From positions 1-64,000 of IMG/VR virus record IMGVR_UViG_3300044675_001548: 64,000 nt of DNA. The stretch is one strand, 5' to 3'. Numbering within the stretch: position 1 is the stretch's first letter; each line of letters begins with the position of its first letter. A program made the translations under genes and the position numbers. A model generated the notes under the pieces. It worked only from the letters and a program-made list of their open reading frames with translations. It had not been told where the DNA came from and ran no database searches. Source of the stretch: a virus. This document shows positions 19,640-30,402 of this stretch, piece by piece.

Positions 19640-20803
19640 CTATCCTCTTTTCTTGTTAATCATACGGTTAGCTTTGTCCTGAGAAATAGATCTAGTTCTT
19701 GAGCTAGTTACTTTACCGCTATTATCAGTCTTAGTTACATTAACAGAACCTTTAGCTCCTGGATAAATTCCACCAGCACTAATAGTTTTAGTTCTAGTTC
19801 CTCCTTTAATTACACCAAGCCCACCAACTTTTCTATCTCTTGTTTTAGTAGCACTAGCTCCTTCACCCATAACACCTCTTTTGTAAGGATCATCTACTGA
19901 CCAACCTTTCTGAGCTTTTGGAAGTGCTTTCTTAGGAGCAACAGATGTACCACCTGAACGTCCTCTAGCAACTTTAGAAGCAGCAGCTTTAGGATTAACT
20001 CCAGACTTAACACCTTTAGAACCTGCAGATTTTGCAGCTTGAAGTTTAGCATTAGGGTTTACCATACCACCTGTTTTGTAAGTAGTTCCACCATTTTGAG
20101 CTCTTGCTGTTTTTGGCATTGGTGCATCTGGTCCTTTATAAGTTGGTATTGCACTATCAACATATTTTTTTGGAACAGTAGTTCTTTTTGGAGTTGGTTT
20201 TGTAGTACCACCTTTTTGATATTTTTTAGCATCAGGTGCTTTCATTTTTTCTTTCCAGTTAGTAGTATCAACTTTACTTGATTTATTAGATGGAATATAA
20301 CCTGAACTATTCTTTGAAACATATTCAAGTGTTTCTTTTGTGGTTGGCATTTTTTCACCTTTGGCTTTATACATAGCTTTGATAGGATCTGATGCTCCAC
20401 CATTCTGATGTTTCCTCAGTTGTCTTTTCATTGCATTCTGTTTTGCTTTTTTAGCTCCTTCAGTATTAATTACTAAATCTTTTACTTTAAGTTTTTTTGA
20501 CTTAGCAGGTTCATTTACCATAGGTGGAACAGTTCCATGAGTCATAGAACCAGGTCCATGTGGTGCAGAACCACCTTTTTGATATTTTGTAGTACCACCT
20601 TTTTGTTGTTCTTTAAGTTTTTTGTAAGCAGCATAACCTCCAAGACCACCAGCAATTGCTCCTAGTGTACCTAGGATGCTTCCTTTAGTTTCTTTAGATT
20701 TACCTTTACTTTTAAACTTTTGTTTACATCTAGGAGGTTTATTTGGTCCAGCACATGACGCTGCTTCTGTCATACCACCTACTTCATACTTTTTAGTTGC
20801 CAT
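19640..20803 (-). CDS. Lys-rich protein with repeated xxxGG motifs, 387 aa
   Basis: YEVGG, QQKGG, YQKGG x2, HQNGG, AQNGG, YKTGG, AQKG. Confidence 0.8.
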   Translation of the reverse strand: MATKKYEVGGMTEAASCAGPNKPPRCKQKFKSKGKSKETKGSILGTLGAIAGGLGGYAAYKKLKEQQKGGTTKYQKGGSAPHGPGSMTHGTVPPMVNEPAKSKKLKVKDLVINTEGAKKAKQNAMKRQLRKHQNGGASDPIKAMYKAKGEKMPTTKETLEYVSKNSSGYIPSNKSSKVDTTNWKEKMKAPDAKKYQKGGTTKPTPKRTTVPKKYVDSAIPTYKGPDAPMPKTARAQNGGTTYKTGGMVNPNAKLQAAKSAGSKGVKSGVNPKAAASKVARGRSGGTSVAPKKALPKAQKGWSVDDPYKRGVMGEGASATKTRDRKVGGLGVIKGGTRTKTISAGGIYPGAKGSVNVTKTDNSGKVTSSRTRSISQDKANRMINKKRG

Positions 20804-20815
20804 TTTATTTTAAAT

Positions 20816-21832
20816 TTAAGTGTTCCAATACTTCTCACAGGCAAGGTTAAGATCTTTTAAAAGGTCCTCATTTAAAGGGTTTTTCATGAACTCAACAACA
20901 TCAGAAACATTTCTACCAAGCAAGCTATTAGACTTAGCATGGTATATATATCCATCTGCCTTATTTATAATATACTTAAAAAATACGGAATCTCTAACAA
21001 TTGATTTAATTTTTAGTGTTTCCATATCTAAAGTTGCAGTCTCCATGAAGGATTTTGCAGCTCTTTCTTTGTTGGTTTCTCCACCCTCACCATTAATATG
21101 TCTGTCCATATTCTCATAGATAACATCTAATGGAGTTGATCTCTTATATTGTGTACTGTTGATATCTACAACTTTTGCAATGTAGAATAACTTAGTACTG
21201 TTTTTGTCAAATAATTTTTGTAATTCTGACAATGCTTTGTTACGGAGTTTTTTGTACTCTGTTCTATACATAACAGTTTCCTCTTCTTTGTCTAAGTAAA
21301 ACTTAGGTGGAACTGCTTTTGATCTAGCATCATCAAAACTTTTTGCTACAATAGAAAAACCACCTGCCTCAATAGCATGTAATTTAATTCTATCATAAGG
21401 GTCTTTAGGATCCAGGAATGAAGGCTCATTACCACATGATATAGATATTCTATTCCAGAACTCTGCATTATCAGGCTTAAGTAATTTTACTTTATTCCAA
21501 AACTGTGGATCTTCAAGTTCAATAACATTTGCAGCTAATTCTTTTTCAAGTTCAATTATTGCAGATCTTATTTCTCTTACTCTGGCTTCTCTGTCTTCTG
21601 GGTTAAGTAACTTAATCTCTGGAGCAAATTCATTTAGACCGGTAATGTATCTTACCACACCATTGTTTTCTAAACAAGCTAATTGCTCATTATGAGTTAC
21701 TCCATCAAATAGAGAGATACCATATTCTTCTAATCCCATGTTAGAAGCTGAATTGTCAAAGAACGGGCGGATAGCAATGCTTGTTTGTTTTACAGTGCCT
21801 TTACCTATTTCTACCATTGTGAAATTTTCCAT
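20816..21832 (-). CDS. Conserved protein directly downstream of the major capsid gene (crAss gene-75-like position), 338 aa
   Basis: Intact ORF; synteny only. Confidence 0.6.
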   Translation of the reverse strand: MENFTMVEIGKGTVKQTSIAIRPFFDNSASNMGLEEYGISLFDGVTHNEQLACLENNGVVRYITGLNEFAPEIKLLNPEDREARVREIRSAIIELEKELAANVIELEDPQFWNKVKLLKPDNAEFWNRISISCGNEPSFLDPKDPYDRIKLHAIEAGGFSIVAKSFDDARSKAVPPKFYLDKEEETVMYRTEYKKLRNKALSELQKLFDKNSTKLFYIAKVVDINSTQYKRSTPLDVIYENMDRHINGEGGETNKERAAKSFMETATLDMETLKIKSIVRDSVFFKYIINKADGYIYHAKSNSLLGRNVSDVVEFMKNPLNEDLLKDLNLACEKYWNT

Positions 21833-21868
21833 GTTTGTTGGTTTTTGTTTTGTTGGTTATTAAAATTT

Positions 21869-21896
21869 AAAAAAAAGGGAGGAGTTTCCCCCTCCC
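21869..21896 (-). terminator. Intrinsic terminator after major capsid gene
   Basis: GGGAGGGG-GAAA-CTCCTCCC followed by T8. Confidence 0.9.
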
Positions 21897-21914
21897 TGTA
21901 TATATAGATTTGGA

Positions 21915-23531
21915 TTAGAATGATCCACCAGTGATTGGGTTTCTCATAACAATCTTAAGGACTTTAGTTGGATCCTTAACCCAGATAGCTGGCATTGTTT
22001 GAGACATCATCACACGGTATCCGTTGAATTGACCAGAAGACTGGAATCCTTGAGAACGGCCCATATAATCCATAGTACCATTTTGATACCACCATTTCAA
22101 TTGATTATCCCAAGATAACTTCAACAAGTAGATGTTGTCATTAGTGTTATCAGTGATATCAAAGATAATGAATGAGTAAGAAGATAATGGGAAACCATCA
22201 ATGATTGGGTTCTCAATGTCATTTGTATGAACATTGTCAAATGCTGGGTTAAGTACAAACTTAACATTTGCCAAGAATGGAATTACATATGAAGTATAAG
22301 CAAATCCAAAGTTCAGGTCCATACCTTTACCAGTGATTGCACCAATATCAGCAGCCTGAATAAGTAAACCTGAAGATACAGCCTCACGCTTGATAGCTTC
22401 ATTTACCATTCTCATACCACCCATACCAGTTTGAACTACTAAAGATCTTTTTGGATCTGGACCTTGGAACTCAACTTTACCATTGAAGAAGTTGTAGATC
22501 TCTCCACGGAATAAATCTAATGTAAAGTTGTTTTTGTTGTACACTCTTTTGAATGAGTTATCCAACTGTTTCCAAAGACCCACAGATAATCTTAGATCAT
22601 CTGGACCATCTTGACGTACTCTACCTCCTTGTCCCCACATTAAGTAAGTCTCAATGTCAGTTGCAATTTTAGAAAGGTGAGCTGCTTCCATTGTAGTTAA
22701 GAAAGTTCTAGATAAGTCTCCGTTGTCAAATGCACGTTTAACTTTATCTTTCCCTAATGTTTTAACCATGTCATCCAAAGATGTGATTGATGGATCAATG
22801 TTTTTGTCAAATGTTCTCCAGATCTCAGTTACAGGAACTGTACCATCTGCATTCATTCCACCTTTGATCATCAAGTCAGCACGGCTAGAGATAGAATAAT
22901 GAACATGAGCTTCAGCACCACCAACAAAGTTATAGAATTCACGGAATCCTGTTCTTGTTGTGATATCTGAGAATCTTTCACCATATTCTCCACGGGCAGA
23001 ACCTTTACGGAAAACTTTAGTACCATTAGCCAAGTACTTGTTATCCAAATATTTGAAGTTGTCATTGTTTACCAACTGCACTGTATAGATATAACCATCT
23101 CCTAATGGAAGGATATCTTCAGCAGTAATGTACATCTCAACACCATTGTATTTGTCATAAGTGATGATATCACCATGTCCAAATTCTCTTCTGTTAAGTT
23201 TGATACGGAAGGTTGTTCCTTCAATACCTTTAAAGTTGTTATCTGGCTCAATGTCCTCAAGGATGTAAGGTAGATCCACAGACACTGGAGTCTGCCATCT
23301 ATACTCACCACGAGCATTATCAACCATAATTACATTTTTACCACCAAAGCTAGACATTTGGTAAAGAGGCATTTCTACCTTTTGAGCCATTGCCCAAAGG
23401 TCCACTGGACCTAAATCCATTGGTTCTGCATCCTTCAACATGTTAACCAAGTGGTAAGAGTCTACATGTGACGTAGCATTGTACGCGGTATCCCGTAGAA
23501 ATATACCATTGTTTAAAACTGGAGTTGCCAT
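21915..23531 (-). CDS. Major capsid protein (crAss-like HK97 fold), 538 aa
   Basis: Size, position after scaffold and portal, own strong terminator, visibly biased codon usage. Confidence 0.8.
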   Translation of the reverse strand: MATPVLNNGIFLRDTAYNATSHVDSYHLVNMLKDAEPMDLGPVDLWAMAQKVEMPLYQMSSFGGKNVIMVDNARGEYRWQTPVSVDLPYILEDIEPDNNFKGIEGTTFRIKLNRREFGHGDIITYDKYNGVEMYITAEDILPLGDGYIYTVQLVNNDNFKYLDNKYLANGTKVFRKGSARGEYGERFSDITTRTGFREFYNFVGGAEAHVHYSISSRADLMIKGGMNADGTVPVTEIWRTFDKNIDPSITSLDDMVKTLGKDKVKRAFDNGDLSRTFLTTMEAAHLSKIATDIETYLMWGQGGRVRQDGPDDLRLSVGLWKQLDNSFKRVYNKNNFTLDLFRGEIYNFFNGKVEFQGPDPKRSLVVQTGMGGMRMVNEAIKREAVSSGLLIQAADIGAITGKGMDLNFGFAYTSYVIPFLANVKFVLNPAFDNVHTNDIENPIIDGFPLSSYSFIIFDITDNTNDNIYLLKLSWDNQLKWWYQNGTMDYMGRSQGFQSSGQFNGYRVMMSQTMPAIWVKDPTKVLKIVMRNPITGGSF

Positions 23532-23560
23532 TTTTATTTGTTTTTATTTGTTACTATTTA

Positions 23561-24832
23561 TTAAAATCTCTTGAACAAGTTATTTGGTCTTGAGATGGTT
23601 CTTTGCTGTGTTTGTTTTGCAGAAGGTCTTCTTCTTGTATCATCCTCATCATCATTAGAAGAAGATGTAAGTTTTCTAGACTCTTCTGTTTTTAATTGTC
23701 TTACAGTTTTTTCTACTGCTTGTCTGCTTCCTTGCTCTTTTACTTTAGCTTTATATCCATTTGGATCTGCAAGTAACCATAATGCTTCTGCAATCAGGTC
23801 ATGTCTTGGTTCTACAAATTGATACTTCTCTAGTAAGTGACCAAGTAAGTTTGTTTGTTTTCCAGAAATTGAAGAATAACTTGGTTGTACTAATCCTGAG
23901 TAAAGTAAACTTTGAACTTTTCTATCAAGCTTTACTCCTCCAATTTCACCTTTTGCAAGTGTGCTATATACATTTTCTGTATAAGCTTTTGCTGCTTTTT
24001 CTTGTTGAGATTTCTTTTGCTCTTGCTCAGCTAACTGTCTTGCAACAATCTCTTCTTGCATTCTGTCTAACTTAGGTTTAAACTGGTTTGCTTTTTGTCC
24101 TAATTTATCTAAGTCAGCCCAATCTTGAATTTCTGATTCTATTTCCTCAGCTGTTCCAAAGTTAGTTGCATAAAGATACTGTCTTGCTATCTCAGCTTGA
24201 TCCTGTTCATTATCCGGATCTAACTCAAACATTTCTTCTACTTGAGCTAATGTTCTGAATAGACCTTTAAGATCTTGTCCTCCATCAGCTACATATTTAG
24301 CTGCTATTTGAAGTTCTTCTGGTAGAGACTGAAAGAATTCTTTTGGAGTGTTCTCTCTTACTTTAGCTTCTCTCTCATTAAAGTTAGCTTCAAATAACTC
24401 TCTGAAGTCTTTAGTAGTGTATTCCTCTAATGGCTTTTCATCATCAAAAGGCATTAACTCACCATCCTCAATCATTTTATGTGCTAACTCATAAAGACCT
24501 GACTTATCTACTTTAGGTCTTCCTTTGTTACCAGCTTCTTCTTCTTGAGTAATTAACCCATCAAGCTCAGCTATAGTTTCTTCAACTTCTGCTTTCTTTT
24601 CAGCTGCTTCTTCCCTTTCTTTAGGAGTAGCAGGTGAGTTGTCAAGGAACGTGGTGTCTATATTTTCTTTAGAGAACATAGACTTTGGTTTTTCTTCTTC
24701 TTTACCATCTGTAGGAAGCATTACACTTTCTGCACCTGGTACTCCAAAGATCTCATCAATATTTACATCTACTTGCTCTACCGTTGTAGAGTCTTTTACC
24801 TCATCACTAAGGTTTTGTGTCTCATTGGTCAT
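23561..24832 (-). CDS. Putative scaffolding protein, 423 aa
   Basis: Highly acidic, helical/coiled-coil, located between portal and capsid genes. Confidence 0.6.
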   Translation of the reverse strand: MTNETQNLSDEVKDSTTVEQVDVNIDEIFGVPGAESVMLPTDGKEEEKPKSMFSKENIDTTFLDNSPATPKEREEAAEKKAEVEETIAELDGLITQEEEAGNKGRPKVDKSGLYELAHKMIEDGELMPFDDEKPLEEYTTKDFRELFEANFNEREAKVRENTPKEFFQSLPEELQIAAKYVADGGQDLKGLFRTLAQVEEMFELDPDNEQDQAEIARQYLYATNFGTAEEIESEIQDWADLDKLGQKANQFKPKLDRMQEEIVARQLAEQEQKKSQQEKAAKAYTENVYSTLAKGEIGGVKLDRKVQSLLYSGLVQPSYSSISGKQTNLLGHLLEKYQFVEPRHDLIAEALWLLADPNGYKAKVKEQGSRQAVEKTVRQLKTEESRKLTSSSNDDEDDTRRRPSAKQTQQRTISRPNNLFKRF

Positions 24833-24925
24833 TGTTGTTGGTTTTATGTTATACTTTAATATACAAAATAAACTTGATAAATTTAAAAGACTAAGAATAA
24901 AATTTTTGCATTATATAGCTAAAGG

Positions 24926-27673
24926 TTATTTCTTTTCTTTAGAATTTTTCTGGTCAAACTTATTTTTATTGGTTTGAGCTATCTGTAATTGCTTATCAGC
25001 TATTTCTCTTTGCACTTGTAACTTCTCTCTTTCTATGTTATTCTTATCTCTATCTAATGTAACTCTGTTGTTTTCTTTTTGGTTTTGTAAGTTAACCTGA
25101 GACTGGAATTGCTCAGACTTTCTTATTTCATTCATTTGGTCTGCAAAGTCTGATTGTTGGTTTTGATTTATGTCAGCCATAGATCCATAACCAGCTGCTC
25201 TTATTTCAGCAACTAAGATATCTCTTTGTCTATCTTTCTCTTTCTCAGCAGCAACAGCATCAATTTTCATTTTCTCAATCTCTTGTTGTGATTGAGCTTG
25301 TTGTTCTTGCATTTGTTGTTGACTCTGTAATTCCATCTCTTTAGATTTCTGTGCTTTAGCCTCAGAATCTTTAAGTACAGTATTAAGTTGAGCAATAGAG
25401 TCAGATTGAACTATTCTACCTAAGTCATATACAGAAGCTCCAGTAGTATTGTTATTCATTGCCATTTGCTTCAATTGCTCTAGTATAGCTCTATGATTAG
25501 CATTAGTACTAACAAATATGTTTAGATCCCGCATAAGCAAATCAGTACCATTTACTTGGAAGTTAACTTTCTCATCAGCTGATGTGATATAAGTTAATCT
25601 TGTAGATGGTTTAGTTGAGTGATAGTACTGAGCTAAGTCAGTTCTCATCTGATGTACTCTAGGCATTAGATAATCACAGTGCTGAATAAAGAATACTTCT
25701 GTTTGAGCATATGAAGATGCAACAGCTTGTTCCACTCCGGTAGCAGTTTGCTGGGATAACTGTTGTCCCATCCTTTGAGGATTAACACCTATTACTTCAT
25801 AAGCTTGTTGCTTAAAGTGATTAGCTAACTGTATCCTTGACATCAATCTCTCTGTCTGAGATAGATCTAGTTTTTGGAAGTGTTGGAAGTTTAATGCATT
25901 CTCAGTGTTTGTAATAGAAGTATCTAAGGGTAACATCTGGAAATTCTTCATTGCCACATAAGCCTTAGCCAAATTCCCTTTACCCCAGTCTTCTCCTAAA
26001 GAGTGTCTTGGTAAAGTATTCTGGTCAAGCATAATAATAGTACCAAGCTCATCTACTAAGATATCCGCTATCTGGTTATTTACTATGTTATATCCAATCT
26101 GGTATGGCTTCATTAAGTCAATAAGTGCAGTGGATTTAGTATTTCTGTCTGAAAAAACTGCGCCCTCCACAGGAAGTTTACAACCATATAGTGTAGCATC
26201 ACCTTTAAACTGGAACTTAATAGGACCAATTTTATTTCTATTGACACCTATGTATATAGGAGCAAAGCCTCCAGGATTATTCATACCCCAGAAAGATGGG
26301 ATATTTGGTCCAATCTTTACACCACCCCATACCTCATTAATCCAGATCCAATCTATATGTTCACCAAATACAAGATTATCTTTACTCTTGTTTTTGATAA
26401 GTCTTGTGTCATATATAGGCTTATCAGTTATCTTATAGTCTTCAGTTATTACATCATTAAACACTTCTCCGGAATCAGATATCTTAGTTAAGTGTCCAAC
26501 CTTTCTCTGTGACTTCCAATATACTGTAGATACTCTTAACAAATATGCAGTACCTTGATCATAATAATCTTCTCCTTCAGAAAGAATTTGTGTAATAACA
26601 TCTCCTCCTTCTAGTACATTACCTGTCATAGCTGTAGTGTACTGACGGTATCCTAATGAAGGCATGTTAGTATTCCATTCATGAGACTTAGTTCCATCAT
26701 AGAAACTACCATCATTCTGCATACCACCAATGTTATAACCAGCAGATCTAATAGGATATACAGCTTCTAGTGCAGCTAATTGCTCCTCAGACATTATATA
26801 ACCATATCTATCTATAACATCAGATGGGGTCATCATATCTGTTTTACCTACCCAGTTAGCCTGAGATATATATCTAGCATCCGGAGACTTGTGATAGAAT
26901 GTAATAGCAGGATTCCAAAGCTCTACTTCATAATCATCCTCCATCATACGGAAGTGCCAGAACTCACGGTCTGTAATTAACATGTCACGGAAACCTCTTT
27001 CTTCAAGTTCATCCATGTTAAATCTTTCTACATCAACTTTGTGTTGGTGTGTAGCCCATTCTTCTACCATAGATTTATAATCTTTGCGGAAGAACATTTC
27101 TATTTCTGGAAGTGACTTAAGTTTTTCTGGTGATACTTCTTGTTGAAATTCTTCAGACTCAGGATCCATACCTTGCTCTATTAAAGCAGCCTGGATTTTC
27201 ATCTGTGCATCAGATAGTAATGTTTCTTCTACCATCTTTCTTTTTTGCTCAAGCATCTCATTATAAGATAGCTCATCCATAGCTCTGTATGTAACCTTAC
27301 TAGATCTTTTTGCAAATTCAGCTACTAGAACATTAATAACATTTGGAATAATTGGGTAGAACTTTAACTCAAGAGCTGAAGCATCTTCTTTTGTAAGAAT
27401 CTCCACAATGTCTCTATAGTCATTATCTTCTTCTACTATATAATCAGATTTATCTATAATACCTTTGGCAAGTTTGTAGTTCTTCATTAGTCTTCTAGCA
27501 TTTCTCCGGATTTGCTTAAGACCTTGCCATTCATGCCAGTCTAAATTCCAAGCAGCCCACTCTTCATCTTTTTCTTTTCTAGGTAAAAATTGTAATGGCT
27601 GGGTTATAGTACCCATTCTATTACTTTGAGTTTTTGCCCCAGATTTGGCCTGCAATGCGTTTATAATCTGCAT
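24926..27673 (-). CDS. Portal protein, 915 aa
   Basis: Follows TerL; YPIIPNVINVLVAE and LIDLMKPYQIGYNIV motifs; Q/E-rich coiled-coil C-terminus. Confidence 0.8.
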   Translation of the reverse strand: MQIINALQAKSGAKTQSNRMGTITQPLQFLPRKEKDEEWAAWNLDWHEWQGLKQIRRNARRLMKNYKLAKGIIDKSDYIVEEDNDYRDIVEILTKEDASALELKFYPIIPNVINVLVAEFAKRSSKVTYRAMDELSYNEMLEQKRKMVEETLLSDAQMKIQAALIEQGMDPESEEFQQEVSPEKLKSLPEIEMFFRKDYKSMVEEWATHQHKVDVERFNMDELEERGFRDMLITDREFWHFRMMEDDYEVELWNPAITFYHKSPDARYISQANWVGKTDMMTPSDVIDRYGYIMSEEQLAALEAVYPIRSAGYNIGGMQNDGSFYDGTKSHEWNTNMPSLGYRQYTTAMTGNVLEGGDVITQILSEGEDYYDQGTAYLLRVSTVYWKSQRKVGHLTKISDSGEVFNDVITEDYKITDKPIYDTRLIKNKSKDNLVFGEHIDWIWINEVWGGVKIGPNIPSFWGMNNPGGFAPIYIGVNRNKIGPIKFQFKGDATLYGCKLPVEGAVFSDRNTKSTALIDLMKPYQIGYNIVNNQIADILVDELGTIIMLDQNTLPRHSLGEDWGKGNLAKAYVAMKNFQMLPLDTSITNTENALNFQHFQKLDLSQTERLMSRIQLANHFKQQAYEVIGVNPQRMGQQLSQQTATGVEQAVASSYAQTEVFFIQHCDYLMPRVHQMRTDLAQYYHSTKPSTRLTYITSADEKVNFQVNGTDLLMRDLNIFVSTNANHRAILEQLKQMAMNNNTTGASVYDLGRIVQSDSIAQLNTVLKDSEAKAQKSKEMELQSQQQMQEQQAQSQQEIEKMKIDAVAAEKEKDRQRDILVAEIRAAGYGSMADINQNQQSDFADQMNEIRKSEQFQSQVNLQNQKENNRVTLDRDKNNIEREKLQVQREIADKQLQIAQTNKNKFDQKNSKEKK

Positions 27674-27679
27674 AATACT

Positions 27680-29884
27680 TTACTTTATATTTTTAAATGG
27701 TGATCTTGTAATTCCTTTGCTTAATGAATTACCAGAACCACCCATGTGTCTAAATGGACTCTTATTTAATTTAAACAAATTTTCTGACTTTTGCAAGTTT
27801 TTAGCCACATCATCCATGATTGTTCTTGTTGCAAACCCTCTATTTGATTCTTGAATCCTCATAAAAGCAACAAGAGCTGCAAATGAAACTAATCTATCCA
27901 CATTGACTCCATCTGCATATTCTCTCATTTCTTTGATCAACATGGGATCAGGAATCCTTTCTATTCCATATTTTGTTCTGACAACAGTACCATCAGGTTT
28001 TGTTTCCACATCTATTTCTTCTTTACAATATTCTATGGCATAACTTAAAAGATGGGCTTTAAATAGAGTACCGGTATTTTTCCAACCATACTCCTGAAAT
28101 ACATTAGCATTAGACCCAAGATCTTTCAGAAACATAATTTGACTTTTAGGTACCAGATATTTTTGTTTTTTTCTAGATATCATGTACTGGATAAATAGAG
28201 ATATGTTGTTCTCTATAAGTGTCCAGGCATTATACCATTCTATAATTAGTTCTAGTTTCTGGTGGGTTTTGTTTATATCATCAAATCTACCACACCATGC
28301 AGCTACTATTTTACCTTGTTCTATATATGTCTCTGTTTCAACACCAGTAACTTTGGTTACTTGAACAGGGGATTTCATTACATAGATTGAACATAATGAT
28401 TCTGAAGTAGTTGTCTTACCTTCTGACACGGGGTCAATAGATGCATAATACTGTCCAAAAGTAGGATCTTTGATTGGTCTTTCCCATACAACTAACACTC
28501 CTGTTTTATCTTCTGTTTTTTTGGATATAGGGAACTCAGATATAGGTCTTTTATTTGTAGGCATTACAGCAGGCTTACCATTCTCATCTGTACTGATATC
28601 TAAGAATTCATAACCATAGGTTTTATCTTCTATTCTTCTTTCCTGTGCAGTAAGCAAGTGAGTAGGAAATACAGATACTGTTCTATGATCAAATGCTTCT
28701 TTAATGTTTCTTGGGTGCTGAGATATCCTAAGCTGATAGTCTTCTGGACTCAGTTCTTTTTTCCATTTCTCAAACTGTTCATCCAAAGCTTTTAATGCAG
28801 CTTCTACAAGTGAATTACCATATTCATCTATGTGTGGAGGCATGGACCATTGTTCAGGAATAAATAAACCTGACATGCCTTGAGTACCTTTATCATCTAT
28901 AAGATCAGTTTCTACAGCATATACATCTTTAGATAGTGGATTTAGAATCATATCTCTTAGTGGATTACACTGAGATAAATCACCCACAGATCCTGCAGCT
29001 ATAAACATTCCTGTAGTAATAAGTCCAGATCTCATGGCCGGGCGCATGTACTCATATGTCTGATCCATCTTAGGAGCAATCCCAGCCTCTTCATGAAAGA
29101 AGTATTTAACCGGACCCCCTACACCATTTGTTGGATCTTTCTCAAATGACATACCTTGTATAGTGCCTTTAAGACCAACTTCTGTTTTTCTATCTCCTTT
29201 TCTTACCTCAATCTTCTGTTGCCACATCATTACTTTATCCGGTGACATAGGTCTGTACCATGCTGTATGTTCATTTAAGAATGCAGCATATTCCTGTAAA
29301 AACTTCCAGGATCCTTTCTCATTGATATAATCCTTAAGACTAGCTCCCATCTTAAGAGTAACCCCGGCCTCAAACCATTGCTGATTTATAAACTTACCCA
29401 TATGATAGTAAGAAGAGGCTATCTGCCGTTTCTTTAAGATAGCTGAGTGTTTATAATTAAGTTCTGCCAGTAGCTCATATAAAGCCATATGATACTGAGC
29501 ATCTCTAATTTTAGCAAAGCCAAACTGTTGTATCTCTTTATCAAAGATGGGTAAGAAGTTTAACCACATGTAGTATTCTCTAGCTACAAACCATGTGTTA
29601 TCTTTATCTTTTACTATTATACCTTTGCGGCATTTAGCTTTCTGGTCATCCCAATAAGTTATATAGTCTTTTGATTTAAATGGAGCTGTAGTGTATACTC
29701 CATCTTTTTTAAATTTGACTGACTCAGATATGAAAACTTTATTGGTAGTTTCATTGAAGTTGTACTCACCTGGTTCTTTAAATACTCCAAAGATAAAGTT
29801 GCTGAACTCTTCTCTGGATTCAAAACTTGTGGTTGTCCAGTTTCCGTTGTCATAGGTTGGTATGTCTTGGTAAATTTCACTCAT
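27680..29884 (-). CDS. terL: Terminase large subunit, 734 aa
   Basis: ATPase motifs LKKRQIASSY and FFHEEAG; RNase H-like nuclease ASIDPV...NVDRLVSF. Confidence 0.85.
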   Translation of the reverse strand: MSEIYQDIPTYDNGNWTTTSFESREEFSNFIFGVFKEPGEYNFNETTNKVFISESVKFKKDGVYTTAPFKSKDYITYWDDQKAKCRKGIIVKDKDNTWFVAREYYMWLNFLPIFDKEIQQFGFAKIRDAQYHMALYELLAELNYKHSAILKKRQIASSYYHMGKFINQQWFEAGVTLKMGASLKDYINEKGSWKFLQEYAAFLNEHTAWYRPMSPDKVMMWQQKIEVRKGDRKTEVGLKGTIQGMSFEKDPTNGVGGPVKYFFHEEAGIAPKMDQTYEYMRPAMRSGLITTGMFIAAGSVGDLSQCNPLRDMILNPLSKDVYAVETDLIDDKGTQGMSGLFIPEQWSMPPHIDEYGNSLVEAALKALDEQFEKWKKELSPEDYQLRISQHPRNIKEAFDHRTVSVFPTHLLTAQERRIEDKTYGYEFLDISTDENGKPAVMPTNKRPISEFPISKKTEDKTGVLVVWERPIKDPTFGQYYASIDPVSEGKTTTSESLCSIYVMKSPVQVTKVTGVETETYIEQGKIVAAWCGRFDDINKTHQKLELIIEWYNAWTLIENNISLFIQYMISRKKQKYLVPKSQIMFLKDLGSNANVFQEYGWKNTGTLFKAHLLSYAIEYCKEEIDVETKPDGTVVRTKYGIERIPDPMLIKEMREYADGVNVDRLVSFAALVAFMRIQESNRGFATRTIMDDVAKNLQKSENLFKLNKSPFRHMGGSGNSLSKGITRSPFKNIK

Positions 29885-30402
29885 TACATGTCATATGCTA
29901 GTCCTTGTCCACCTCTTACTTTACTTTGTTGTTCCTCCTGAAGATCCTTATAAGTAGCTTTGAAAGACTGTCTAATTGCATCATAGTTTTTAGCTGCAGC
30001 AATCAGAGAGTTAAAGTTACCATCTCTACCTGTAGTAATCTGACTAGTTTCCATGTATCTTCCTAATCTATCTAGCATAGATGCAATACCTTTATATGCT
30101 CTGGATGTAGGTGTTTCATACATCTTTTCACAGAATCTAAGTGCTGCAAAGATTGTGTCATCTTCAGTAGAGAATTCTCCGTCAATTTGTGTTAGTATCA
30201 ATGATTCTTTATCTATGTCTGGTGTAAAGAAAAAAGGATTCATATCTGGATTTGGACAGCACATGTAGAATAAATACATGTATATCTTAAGATACTCATC
30301 TGGGTATTCATCCATTACATCTTTAAGAGCCTTGAGTGTATAGCAATGTTCAGTAGGAATTACTACTCCATTCTGTACATCAAATAATTTTGTAAAACTC
30401 AT
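29884..30402 (-). CDS. Conserved protein upstream of TerL (possible terminase small subunit), 172 aa
   Basis: Overlaps the TerL start; helical; assigned from position only. Confidence 0.4.
   Translation of the reverse strand: MSFTKLFDVQNGVVIPTEHCYTLKALKDVMDEYPDEYLKIYMYLFYMCCPNPDMNPFFFTPDIDKESLILTQIDGEFSTEDDTIFAALRFCEKMYETPTSRAYKGIASMLDRLGRYMETSQITTGRDGNFNSLIAAAKNYDAIRQSFKATYKDLQEEQQSKVRGGQGLAYDM

Noticed and set aside
21915-29884. Introns or inteins in TerL, portal or MCP
   Set aside because: ORFs are continuous, of expected size, with no intein or group I/II motifs noticed.
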